From contig NW_027104472.1 of NCBI RefSeq assembly GCF_902728285.1, positions 935,681-999,680 on the forward strand: 64,000 bases of DNA. Direction: 5' to 3'. Under the pieces are notes generated by a model. That model worked only from the letters and a program-made list of their open reading frames with translations, ran no database searches and was not told the DNA's origin. Source of the DNA: Clytia hemisphaerica (Eukaryota). The position numbers were made by a program, and so were the translations under genes. Shown piece after piece: positions 26,133 to 38,397 of this stretch (its first letter is position 1; each line of letters opens with the position of its first letter).

Positions 26133-26212
26133 GACATACTTTTGAGACAGACCTTGATATATTCCTCGCTGATCAACATTCATCTTTTCCTTTGGTTTCC
26201 AGTCTTTAGAGC

Positions 26213-26332
26213 CTTTGGTCAACACAATGCATTCACTGTGTCATGAAACTACAGTCATCTACATGTCTTATGAAGAACGGAACACTGACCTCAAAATCGA
26301 ATTGGAAAAGAAGTTCTTTAAGGTTTGTTCAT
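26213..26332 (+). CDS. METTL21-like exon 4 (SLEPLVNTMHSLCHETTVIYMSYEERNTDLKIELEKKFFK)
   Basis: Matches human '[37 protein letters not shown]'. ttccag acceptor and gtttgt donor. Confidence 0.8.
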
Positions 26333-27811
26333 TTTTTTTATCGCTTTGAAATTTTAGGATGACCATTTGCCGTAACGCACAAGACCATATTAAGTGTGTC
26401 AAGAATCAAAATAAATTTTCTCGTCAGTAAACACTAAAAGACGGGCGCATAGGCTCTAAATTATGGATAAAGTTATTTCCGTGGTGTTACTTAGAATGGA
26501 GATCTAATTGTGCCTGTTACTCAAACTCTCAGGTTGACGGTGAGGCTTTGCAAAGGTTACAAACAGAAAAGTCCATGCTTTGTACTGAATTTCTTACTCT
26601 GTGGAACATCTTTTGCTAGCATCAATGCAAAACCTATTAGATTAGAGCTCCACAATATCTGACACGCGACACGCCTGCTTGACCGTGCTTTAGATTTAGA
26701 ACGCCAAGTACCCCTCTTTAAAATACCAGTCGATACATCTAATTGGCTGTTACACACTGACCTCTATTATGGATTTTATTGATTATAATTTAAGGATATT
26801 CCTCTCGCTGCGGATCACTTTTTGCCTTTTCTGTAAGGAGTAGGTCTCACCGAGCCTGTAACACGAGGGTGACATGTTACTTCGTATTCATGACATGCAT
26901 AAGTTAAGATAGTCATAAGTCATTTTCTTGCGTAAACGCTCGAAAATGTTTGACCTCTTTTTGGCTATTTTAGTTCAAAACTGGGGGTGTTACCGATGGT
27001 AAAATATAGGTCATCTTAACGCATGCTTTGCCAGCTCAAAGAACCAAGCTGACCAAGTTTTTTTACGCCAATCTCATTAAAAATCTTCAGAAAGGAATGT
27101 GCCTGGACAATAAATAGTATAATTAATTTTGCTTTTTTGATCTGATATCTTTTCATGATTTTTTGTTACTTAAACTCCTATTTTGTTCCTTTAACAATCG
27201 AATTTCGGACACAATAACGTCTGATAATCGGACAGCCTCGACTTTCAAGTCTATTAACCTTTTATATTCTACCATGTTTGATTTTTCTTTCTTCTTCTTA
27301 TTGACTTGATACCAACGTAAAGGACTTTTGGTTGTCATTTCAAATTCATACTGTGTGATTTTCCATTCTGCCCTTTGAAAAATGTCCAATAAGTTTTCAT
27401 TCGCCTGCTCAAGTTGTTCAATGGTTTTCCCCTAAAAGATAATATGAATATAGAATTAGCAAATTACCGGACAGTTACCGCAGTAAGTAGTATGTATGAA
27501 AGCGACCGTAGCATGAAGGTAGAACATTCCGCTACGGTGCACAAGGTTGAGGGTTCGATCCCGAGTTCATACCAAGGATTCCAAAATGGTACTTGATGCC
27601 TCTCTGATTTATTCTTGGCGACTATAGAGGGTAAGTGGAGAAATCCAGGGAAAAGTGGTGCTGCATGATCATTGGGTAGACAACTAAGGAAAAAAGCTTG
27701 CCCTCGACTGAGGTTGCAGACTTACTTTCTATTAAACAAAATCCTTGCGTTCTCACTTATTTCATTTATTAGATTTGAGGCTTAGCCTAATTTCTGGTCT
27801 TACTTGTCCAG

Positions 27812-27919
27812 AATAAGTTATCGAAGATTGTTCGTGTTGCTATTGAAGTTGACACCCATAAGATGTACGAAGGGTTAGAAAAATATATTGAAAAGGCTAC
27901 ATACCAGGTTCTTTTTTAA
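27812..27919 (+). CDS. METTL21-like terminal exon (NKLSKIVRVAIEVDTHKMYEGLEKYIEKATYQVLF*)
   Basis: tacttgtccag acceptor, phase 0. 'D.HKMYEGLEK' resembles the human METTL21A tail 'DVHIYEAQKR'. Weaker than the other exons. Confidence 0.55.
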   Translation, partial: NKLSKIVRVAIEVDTHKMYEGLEKYIEKATYQVLF

Positions 27920-28494
27920 TTTAAGAGTCACATGATCCAACTTTCGTTGTTGAGTTCTATTCTGACGAAAAAGTTTGATCTGTTCTTCATTGAATTTGAG
28001 AAATCCATTTTCTTGCGATAATAATGATGATGATACTGTCTTCTTTTTCCTTTCTTCTGGGCGCTTCTAGAAAAGAACGAGATTAAGACGATTAAAAAAT
28101 TTAAGAATAGTGGTGATAAGCCCACTTTCAGTGAATTGATTTCTGCGTAGACCTAATTTCGCTAAAATGACCTAAAATTGCGAAAATTAATCAAATGCGA
28201 AATTCCGTCCATTTGAGTTTGATTTAGATTTATAGATTTAAATTTCGTTAGAAAAATGTTTTTGGGCTTGAAAGTATTTTAGTTCGTTCAGAATAATATG
28301 ATTATGGTTTGATTTTCATTTATTGAGATGATTGTTGAGAACAAGCAAAGTAAATCAGCTTCCGATGTTCTTAGTTTTTCGAAATTTTCAGGTTCCCTTT
28401 TTCTAACAGTCTCTTGACCTAAGTGACTGAGATTATGTAATTGAAATTTGAGCCTCGGTTTGCACTTAATTCGTTCTTTGCTTTTAGCCAAATC

Positions 28495-28735
28495 TCAGTC
28501 ACAGATTTATAAAGCCTGAAGGGCTAGATGTCGTGCTTTAGGCCATCTCAGGCAATAAAAATTGAGTATCGGAAAAAATATTGTTGCTATTGTTTTCGAA
28601 AACCTGCGAAGCTTCTGATTGGTCAAGCGCTGAAATTCTATTGTAATGTCACGTGACCTAGGTAGGATCCTACCTAACCAAGACACACTTTTCGACATCT
28701 AGCCCTTCGGGCTTTATAAATCTATAATCTCAGCC
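28495..28735. mobile_element. Second member of the same MITE family (TIR 'AGATTTATAAAGCC(T/C)GAAGGGCTAGATGTCG'). Probable 8-bp TSD AATCTCAG.
   Basis: Inverted termini. 'aatctcag' on both flanks. Confidence 0.6.
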
Positions 28736-28749
28736 TCTTACTTTTATTT

Positions 28750-28860
28750 GTTCTTATCCCAGCTGGCACACAACGTTGTTTCAACGTTCATCTAACGTTA
28801 TATGGATGTTTTGAACGTTAAATAAACGTTGAAACAACGTCGTGTGCCAGCTGGGATAAA
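28750..28860. mobile_element. Foldback MITE (about 110 bp; TIR 'CCCAGCTGGCACACAACGTTGTTTCAACGTT'). Other copies at 38286-38397, with partials at 17095-17150 and 57140-57230.
   Basis: Near-perfect hairpin. Four occurrences in the window. Confidence 0.7.
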
Positions 28861-30473
28861 AAAGCGTGTACCTGGTCAGACGACAATTCAGAGAGTTGTA
28901 TATTAGTGTTTCTTTTTCGCTTCTTTATATCACGTTTACTTCGAATTTCCAAATATTCATTCTTATACTCATCACTGATAGTAAAACAATTTTTTACCTT
29001 CTCATCTCGGACTTGGATTTCATTCGATATTCTCATAGGGCTTTTAGATACGATCACAGTACGGCGCATGATTCTTATGGCCTTGCGACGTCGCCGAGGT
29101 GGTATAGGTCGAGGACGCTCTTTTTGTTCATCCTCTGAACTCGATTCTGTTAATCTGCGTCTATGGTTTTCGGTGTTTGTATTGTTTTCCGTGCGAGTAT
29201 TATAAGAACGTCTTTCCTCTCGCATATGCAAGCGGCGACGTCGACGTCGTTGAACAGGTAATTCTTCACTGTTACTCATGATAGATTTTCTTAAAGATGT
29301 GGAGTTCTTGATACTTGGTTGATTTTGTTGATAATTTATAGGAACGAAATGTTATTAGTTTCGAATGGGTTTTAATGGTTTTTTGTTACAGTTTACCATC
29401 ATGTTTCAAGATTGAGAAGCAACTGAGCACCTTATGATATTTTTCATTGACCAAAGTTTTTGTTTGATATTTTATTTGACGTCATTTTTTTTTGACGTGG
29501 ACAATTATATTGATAACGCGTTGCGGATCCCCCAAATAGACCTCTTTGGAAACTTGAAAAAAACCCTAGAACTGTCACAATCGTTTATTGATGAAAAAAG
29601 ACCCATGAAAAGTTCCGCTTTAAATTTTCCGCTCAAAATTCTGACAGAACTAAGATACTCATGAACATTTTTTCCCTCTTATGGCACTTTTTATTTCATT
29701 AATCTAATGCTTCAAAATCTGAAAAAGAAAGAAATTCTGTCAAATTGTCAATAACTTCGGAAACCTCAAGAAATTTCATTTTCTCAGATAACTTATTTTA
29801 CAGAATAGCTAGTCAAAGAAGATGACACATTGATTACCTATCTGAAGCTAGTCTGAATAGCGAAATTGTAAAAAAAGATAGCATGAATCTGTTAGAGTAT
29901 ACCAGCAGCCTAGCCCGAACCCTTAAAGATCAAATCAAAAAAACTATTTTTGCCATTTCTCTACAGCTTTTAGACGGACTTTTCTCCACGGAGCGGATAT
30001 CTCGTGATTTACAAGACCCTCTCTACAACAGTGACGACATCCATATATTGAAAATAAGTCTTTTGAAGAGATGATGACGATATCGTTGGAAAGATTTTCG
30101 TGAGTACAATATATCATATTTTCAAGTCCTTGGAGAGTTCAAACTTATTTTTTTGTTTGATTGTCATCATTCTTGTGAATTTATCTGATCAAACAGGACT
30201 TGGTTCAAACAATATATTCGTTAAACCTTGATCATGGAAATGACGTTCATGATCAAAGTTGATAGTAGATCGTTTTCGTTTGACTCTCATCGTTCCTGCG
30301 AATGAAACATTCACCTGTTCAAAAAAAATTTCGCTAAATTTAAATATGCAAAAGGTTATCATGATCAAAGTTGATAGCAGAATCGTTTTCTACTCATTTA
30401 CTTGAAATGGCTGTTAGGAACATGATTCGTATATGGCTGGAAAGTTGAACTCACAAGGATCAGTTTATTAAAG

Positions 30474-30653
30474 CTCGGTTGGAAAGATATTAGTGAGTGG
30501 AATAATGAGGATGATACAGGGTGCTAACTTCATTATAACAGCATCTTTACATGGTGAATGCTCGGTTGGGAAGATATTAGTGAGTGGAATAAGTACAATG
30601 AAGATGATACAGGGTGCTAACTTCATTATAACATCATCTTTGCATGGTGAATG
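30474..30653. repeat. Tandem duplication of a unit of about 90 bp
   Basis: Two units (30474-30560 and 30561-30653). The - strand ORF 30468-30740 is an artefact. Confidence 0.7.
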
Positions 30654-30780
30654 AGGGTTCACGAAGTTTATTTTGGAACAGATATGAAACTTGGAGAAGA
30701 TTTGATAAAACGTGTATTCTGCAAAATTAAATAATTGCAACTATTGAACTGAACACATATAAAACAATGTTTTCTAAGAT

Positions 30781-31990
30781 TTATTCATAGAATTATATTT
30801 CACAGGTCTATCGACCTCTACGAAATAATTTTAGATTTATAAATTGTCTAATTCTTCATCTGTCGTCCAGTCGTCAGAAGATATGGACAGAAGAGAAGAC
30901 GTTGTTTTGGTCTTTGTCCTAGATTTTCGAACTAGGCGAAGGTTTGTTCTAGGGCTTCCTCTTACATGCCAAACGAAATCGTCATTTTTTGAATTCATTT
31001 TTTTCGCCTTTTGGCACATATCTTTAATGATTTTTCTTTCGTTGATAGTGAAGTCGTCTGTGATGCTAAAGCCACCAATTTCATTGAATCGTTTCAGCTT
31101 ATGCAGATTTTGCATTATCCGTTCTTTTTCCTCTATACTTTTTAAGATCAACTTGATTGGACGCCAATGTAGCCCTTTTTGGTTTTGTCCAATGCGATGA
31201 TGGTGGGACGTTTGATATCTTGAACGCCAATGTTACCTAGTATACCTTCAATATCTATTTTGTCCTGTTCCTGTTGTTCCTCTTTGTTGTCTACCTCTAA
31301 TTCCATCATTCCATGTATATAAATATTCGTTTCCTGATTCGATGTCTCTTTCTTCATTCTTGTTTTCTTGTTGTGTTCTCTCACTGCTGATTTGAAATTA
31401 TCCTTGTGTTTCTTAGTTATTTCAGCGTATGTTTTTTCTGATGTTTTTCTCTATGTAATTCGTCGTTTGCTTTATTTCTTTCTTCTTTTATATCTGCTTG
31501 GTTTTATTTCAAGTCAGCCATCTTATTGGTTAAGATGTTTTCGATATCGTTCTTAAGGCTGCGGTTCTTGGCTAGCTGGTTTTTGAGCTTTTTAATGACG
31601 TCGTCCTTCTTCTCAATCTCCCTCTGCATAATATGATACGAGTTCTCACCTATTTTACTCATTAGAGATCGTGTTATCCGCACGCAATTCTGACATAGAT
31701 ATTGTTCGTTATAAGTGTTGGCAAAAATTTGCAGCTGATAAAGCGGTAATTGTGTGCACTCGTAGTGTACCATGCGGTGGCATTTTCGGCATTTTAGACG
31801 GTTTTGGTCATCGTCATCTGAGCAGGAGGTGGGAGTGCATGTTTGGTTTTGTTTAGCTTCTTCAAATGGTTGTTTTTCTTGCTTTTTGTCGGTTTTTTCG
31901 TTCATGTTTTTGATTTTGCTAAATTTCAACCATTTTTGAAGAACTGCACAAAATGCGTGTTGACTAACTGACGTCAAATAAAAAACTGTT
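30781..31990 (-). mobile_element. ORF1-only retroposon, copy A (HAL1-like): Cys/His cluster, coiled coil, then an L1 ORF1p (Transposase_22)-like C-terminal domain. Frameshifted into three ORFs (31977-31504, 31384-31148, 31151-30837).
   Basis: About 95% identical to the copy at 51508-52717. 'IKLILKSIEEKERIMQNLHKLK...ITDDFTINERKI' resembles the L1 ORF1p core 'IIIKLSKVKDKERILKAAREKK...LSADFSAETLQARREW'. Short AATAAA-type 3' end. Confidence 0.7.
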
Positions 31991-33119
31991 GATTTATGTT
32001 GAGAACAACTGCTACTGGAAGCACAATGTTGATTGCCCGCTAAAGCTCAAATGACATTAATAGAATTGTAAGTTTAACAGATGGAAATTAACGTTTATCG
32101 ACTAAAAGTGGTTCGTGGTTCAAAAAGAAATTGGCATGCACCATCGTCACTTATTGTTGCTTTGGAAACGCTCGGACCTTCTCAACTAAATTTGTATTTA
32201 GGGGTTGAATACTGTCAATAGTTCTATTTATAGCTGAGACGATTAATTTGTCTGAGACGAGCAATTTAGAAAATGAGCATTATGGAGGAATGTACTTTCC
32301 ATTCATGTTTCAATAAATAGGATCTCCTCCACAGATCACATTTTACAAACTACTCGTCTCAGACGATTTTTCCGTCTCAGTATAAATGGAACTAATGGTT
32401 AAGTATAAAGGACACTGACAAAGTTCGTTATCAGAACCGTGTATATTTTTGAATTTTTTTGAACTTTATAATAATAAAACTTTTAACAAAAATTACAAAG
32501 TCTGTAAATTTATGTAAATTCTTAAGTAGACTAAAATTGTATAGGCTATTACCTCAAATCCAAGCTAAAAAAAATCCTTCTCGTTCAAGAGTAATCTGAA
32601 AGTGAACCTGTATTTTTACCCTCTAAAGTAAATTTCCATCCCCTTAAGCTTAATTTATTCACTCGAATCAAATCTCCCTACTGTCATCGCCTGATTGATA
32701 GATAATGCATCATCATCATCTATATAATGATTCTTTTAATGAATAGATGAAAAATGGACCAATCAAAAACTATACCATGAACAATCCCTGAGATATCAAC
32801 TTTTTATATAGAAAAAAATATCTATCTCCGAAATAAATAGCCCAATACAGCCCCACCAATAGCCAAACCCACTCTGTAAACATCTTCGAAAGTCCATGAA
32901 TCATCGGAAATGCCAAGCCACTCGGTGAACGACTTGCAAAACATTTGACAGTTGTTCGAAATCTCGCTATATCTGTGAACGAAAAACATTCGAACTTTTA
33001 CAGGTAATACAGTGTTTTTTATAATAACATCCAACATTTTTTAAACCCTTGGATGTTCTTAATTTTGAGTTTTAACCTAAAAGTGTTCTTAATATGCTCT
33101 TATTTTCGCCATTTTCGAG

Positions 33120-35300
33120 TATTTTTGTCCATCTCAATGCAAATAAACCAGCCGAGGCTGGAAGGTCAGCCAATAGAGCTTAGCTAGATAGCTTTAATAA
33201 GTGGGTTAACAGATGTAAGAGATGTACTGAAGACTAAAAATGTTGAATAATGTACAAAACGTGAAACATTTGATAACTTGATTTAAAACTATTTAAAACA
33301 AGCCTGAGAGCTCCTCCAACCGAACCCCCCCTACCAGAAGATCAAAGTATACTTCTCTTTAGCATTGTAGCACTGTTTCTACGACATCAAACAATTAAGC
33401 TATAGTTCATTACTATAAAAAAGAGAAACATAGTGTAATTAAAACTTTTTGTTAATTTCTACAAAGATGTTTTTTTTTTTTTTTTTTTTATTTTTTTGTA
33501 GACAATATCCATATCTGACCAAAGTGTTATCTAGAAATAAATTAGAAAATTGCCAAAATGTCAGAACCAAAATAAAGATATCCATCAAATATATAGAAAC
33601 TGTACTTTTTGTTTAAGCGCAACTCCAGAAAAACACAATTTGCATCAAAATCTTTGCAAAACGCAGTTCATATTTATAACATATCAACAGGAACTGTATT
33701 TTGGTAGACTTGGTCAAATTACAGAAACCATTTGTCAGTTGTCTGCAAGGCCAATGAGGTACGTAAAAACTGACTGCTATTCAGTCAAAGCCAAAATTTG
33801 GCAAGGTCAGAAAAACATAATTTACATCCAGTCTTCGTAAATAAATTTTGTAGTTTAGTGCCGTCAAGTTACACAGCATGCACACTACCATCTTGAAGAC
33901 TTTGCTGGTCGCAAATGATAATCGAAATCTAAACTTAAAATTCCTAACTATACAGGGAAGCACATTTTTCCCCCATTTTGCTTTAAACTCCCTTTTGATT
34001 GGTCTATGAATTTGGGCAATCGCTTTACCGCCTTAGCGGAGTAAACACACTACCATAATAAATAAATTCAACAGTGCAGCGGAGTAGCAATTAATTTCAA
34101 CTGGGAGTCCACTCTTCTGTGCCAAGCACTGGCAGTGTTTTTTAAACTTTAAAACAATGTTAAATGAAGACCAGATGGATCTGTTTGTTATGACTGTGCA
34201 AGTTGTGACGAGAGTGTGCATGTTGGGTAACTTGACCGTATAATTCATTAAATTCTAGAAACCATTTTTCATAACTTTCTGCAGTCCGCTTTCTGCAAGT
34301 CTGATAAGAGATATGTATGATGTATAAACTGTTATGGCCATTCATTCCATTCCATCATTCAGTCAAAATGTGCGCCAAGGTTAGAAAAGGTTAGAAAAGC
34401 ACAATCTGCGTCCGGAACTGCGTGAAAAATAGTTTGATCAATTTCAACAAGAACTGTATATATTAATATTGATATAATTGATCAAATTCCAAAGACCATT
34501 TGTCATAATTTTGCAAGTCCAATAATAAGGAGATGTGATGTCATCATTTCATTTGGTTCCCGTCATCTGACCGACCCTGATTTATGGTCAGCAGGTAGAG
34601 TTGGAGAGTAGTCGGAAAGCTTTTCCGCTGCTTTGCTGGATTTCCACTGTCGACCTCTGCACGCTCTGTGTTTACAAGTTTTCAAATCGAATGCTAATGG
34701 AGTGTAAACCGAAAACACCAGTTTTTCCACGGTTTCTCAATTTTAAAATTCGGATCAGTCCACACGGATTCCCTTTCAACAAGATGTAGCTGCTTCTTAA
34801 CAGAAAAATATTTTCGACCGAACAATTTTTTGCGATTCGCCTTATCACAAACAAACACGTCCAAGTCCAAAAAAGCACGATTGCATCCGGACTTTATCAA
34901 ATTCCAATAACATTATAACACCATCGATCCCCCTAGAGGCAAACAAGAAAAATATGTTTTTATTGCAAAAACTATTAAAAAGCAGCAATAAAAAGTATCA
35001 GAAAATTCAATATAAACAAAAACTTGAGCAAACGGCTTTAACATTTAAACCTTCAAAAGATGTAGAAAAAGAATCCCCTTGATGAAAATCCTGTGTTTGA
35101 TTTGCCGAGTTAAAAAAATAAATGACAGAAATTGAAGCTTGCAACAGATTTACACTGGAAATACTTTGGTACAACACTGTACTGACTTATCACATCTAAA
35201 TTGAGCCGCCATCTTGGAAACACTACATTATGATCTGTAAAAACAACGCACGCTAAAAGTACCCAAAAAGTTAACCCGATCGGAAGAAAGTTTAGAAATC
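33120..35300. mobile_element. Second, partial copy of the same TIR-element family as 23458-26132. It shares the 'aaataaaccagccgaggctggaa' block and the 25370-25860-like block.
   Basis: 33140-33190 resembles 23505-23560. 33600-33700 resembles 24190-24290. 34850-35300 resembles 25370-25860. Confidence 0.55.
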
Positions 35301-35984
35301 AAAGTGAGATCGGAAAATCGGATTTTTTTTTTGCCGTCTTATGGTGGAAAATTTTACCTATTTGAATGCTCAGCTTCGGCTGACCAATAAGAATTAAATA
35401 TTTGAAATCAGCTCATTTTATAGATTCACCAGTGTTGAAAACTATTTGAAAACGCACTTCTAAGAAAAGAAATTTGGGTGTCAAGTTTTCACCTAAATTA
35501 GTTATTCGGAAATATAGACTAAAATTGATTTTTTAATTTTAAGAGTTAAAATTGATGGAATCACTAAATTTCAGCTCCTAAAATTCTAGATTGTAAGGTA
35601 AAATAGATTTGTAAATATCAATCGTTTTCCAAAACTAAAAATTTCGTAACTGAGAAAAAATACCGTGCAAACATACCCTTATAAAGAGATTTCTATCCAC
35701 GCATCAGATTTTGAGAAACTATTTTTACAACCAATAATCACTTTTAACAAAGGGAATCTGAATAGAAGACGAAGAAGCCAAAGTGAGATATTATTCTATC
35801 TGATAACAGTTCACTGGTATAACACGCCACAGAGCCCTCCCGAATAGACGCCCCCACCCGCTTATTAATTTTCGAAAATCTTTCGGACACTCCCCCCCCC
35901 CCCCCGTTTATTAATTTTCCAGTTTTTGGACCTACCCCGGTGGGGTGGAGGTCCTATAAATTCACCTCTGTCCGTCCGTCCGTT

Positions 35985-36850
35985 CGTTACCAGCTTTTCT
36001 CGAGATTGAATCATAGGAATCATTTGATTTTTGGTACAAAGGTGCAAAACGGTAGTGGCCAAAATGTGATGGAGCCCGATTTTCGAAAAAAAAAATTTTG
36101 CGGCAAATTTGGGCCAAAAAACGGCTAAAAAACGGGTTTTTTGGACTTTGTGAAAAATTGGATCATTAATTTTTTCTGATTTTTTGCATGAAAGTAGGGT
36201 ACCATCATATGTAAAAGATGGCTCAAGCAGATTTTTGCAAGAAAATTTATTTGGCTTAAAAAACGCATGTTTATCTATAAGAATCACTATTAATAAGCAT
36301 ACATCAATGTTCTTAGTCAAATTACTCAATTTCTTTATGAGATAGATGTTTTTTTGCTCATGAGGGCTTACTTTTGAAGAATATGTGTGTTTAGACATGA
36401 AATTTTGGTTGCTTGGCGTGTTTTTATAGAAAAACTGGCCAAGTTCAATATTTTTTTATAAGCACATTATCAATTACTTAGGTATTAGCTTTTCTCGAGA
36501 TTGGCTCTTTCATTCTTTTTGCACAAAGATGCATAACTATAAACCCTCGAATGTGACTGAGCCCAATTTTCGAAAGAAAAAAAATGTTTTTGGGCAAATT
36601 TGGGCCAAAAAACGGCTAAAAAAAGTGTTTTTTGCATGAAAGTAGGTAAAAGATGGGTCAAGCAGATTTAAAAATTTTTCAGCTCAAAAAAACGCATCTT
36701 TATCTATAAGAATCACTATTAATAAGCATACATCAATGTTCTTAGCCAAATTACTCAATTTTTTGATGAGATAGATGTCTTTTTATGCTCTTGAATATGA
36801 AAGAATATTTCAAGAGCATGAAATTTTGGTTTCTAAGCGTTTTTTTATAA
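35985..36850. repeat. Tandem duplication of a unit of about 450 bp
   Basis: Two units of about 450 bp (35985-36430 and 36485-36850), aligned directly. The 177-aa - strand ORF 35865-36398 lies inside and is rejected. Confidence 0.7.
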
Positions 36851-37170
36851 GAAACAAACGACTAATTTTAATAAATCGTCACTATTTGTGTTCTGAATGA
36901 TTGTTTAACGTTCATGCTCACGTAGATATCAATTATAATATATGTGTTAAATGCATAACCCGGTAGGTCCATAAAAGTATCACTTGTTTGTTCAGGCTTA
37001 ATCTATTTCAAACGTTCCAATTTCGTTTTCATAGAATTAGGTAAAAGGAAAGTTCTAAATATTTTCAGCTCCCCCCCCCCCCGTTATTATATTTTGCAAA
37101 AACTTTAGACCCCCCCTTTTATTCAGACCTCCCCCCTATTATTCCGGACCTCAGAGTAATTCACAATCAA

Positions 37171-37531
37171 AATAGGCAGGGCAAAAACCCGGGGGGGGTA
37201 CTACCCTTGTCGACCGACTGGGGTGCTCCGCTGAGGTTCGAAAAATGGACACTACGTGGGACTCGAAATTTGCGAAAAAAGTGACCCTGAATGGGACTGA
37301 AATCCCAAAATGTTCTCAAATTTTCTACTTTTCTCCCAAATTTTCCAAAAATAGGCACCCTACGAGGGACTGATTTTTCTATTTTGGTTTTTCTGCGACC
37401 CTACCTGGGACTCGTGGAGGTTAAAAAAGGTACCCTGACCAGCGGAGCATCCCCGTAACCCATCTTGCCCTAGTACCCCCCCCCCGGGGGGGGCAAAAAG
37501 TGGGCTATCTAAACTAGAGCTCGATCTCACT
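37171..37531. mobile_element. Solo TIR fragment of the 23458-family, interrupted by a nested MITE (37186-37500; TIR CCGGGGGGGGTACTA..., about 6-7 bp TSD 'GCAAAAA')
   Basis: 'aataggcagggcaaaaa' | insert | 'gcaaaaagtgggctatctaaactagagctc'. The insert ends are inverted poly-G/poly-C 'gggggggtactaccc' and 'ccctagtaccccccc'. Confidence 0.5.
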
Positions 37532-38285
37532 GTTACCTTAGTCGTCTTTGATTCCAAGAACATAAAAAATCATCACTCTCTTCAACTGAAACTTCAATGG
37601 GTTGCTGGGATATCTTTTGATAGGTGCCTCTGCTTTTTCTTATTTCACCGTCCTGGAATCGCCTGGATTCTGCGTAAAGGTGACCACTTTTTTTGCTCGC
37701 TTCGTAACAAATCTTCGCAGGGAAACCATTTTCGTAATCTTCACTTAAAAATGAGATTAACAAGATACAATTTCAAATTCTACTGTTCAGAACTGAAAAG
37801 TCTGCAAAATAAATTTCAAGAATAAAACAGAACCCTAAATCTTAACTCAAGGAAAGTATTGGCTTGTGCGTTATTACGTGACAGCACGCAAAAATTATTT
37901 TTCATAACCATCCACATTCGAACTTATTCGAGTTGAAATCACCCCTTTTTTGCAATCAAAACAACGACACAACCTGCTCGAACACAATGTTATTCCTCTC
38001 AGGTTAAAACCAAATTAGCCGGTGGGATAAAATATAAAAGCTAATTGCTAATAACGTTAAAATCTTGTTTTTGTTTGTGGAGATTCAAAATTCTTATTTG
38101 CAGCAAACAAAAAAAAAAACAATATTAATCTCAAAATCTTTCCTAAGTGCGATGAGTAGTTCAGTCCCTGCAGTTTTCCAACTGGGATTAAATTTTGGGG
38201 CATTTTTGTCATCAGGAAGATTGTTTGGTCTATAGTGTCACTGGGTCTGTAATATTGGGGATAGTCTAAATATTGGGGATAGTCT

Positions 38286-38397
38286 ATTCCCAGCTGGCAC
38301 ACAACGTTGTTTCAACGTTCATCTAAAGTTACATGGACGTTGTGAACGTTAGATAAACGTCGAAAAAACGTTGTGTGCCAGCTGGGTTAAAAAAATC
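38286..38397. mobile_element. Foldback MITE, same family as 28750-28860
   Basis: Same inverted termini. Confidence 0.7.

Noticed and set aside
26525-26610. An alternative METTL21 last exon (VDGEALQRLQTEKSMLCTEFLTLWNIFC*)
   Set aside because: It has no similarity to METTL21 C-termini. The exon at 27812-27919 has the better acceptor and a 'D.H.MYEG.EK' match to the METTL21A tail.
27470-27600. A possible tRNA gene with a GGGTTCGATCCC T-loop motif
   Set aside because: No acceptor, D or anticodon stems can be paired. It is probably a SINE or tRNA relic in a METTL21 intron.
35865-36398. The 177-aa - strand ORF, the longest unexplained ORF in the middle of the window
   Set aside because: It lies wholly inside a tandemly duplicated unit of about 450 bp, has low-complexity composition and no recognisable domain. 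It is an artefact.
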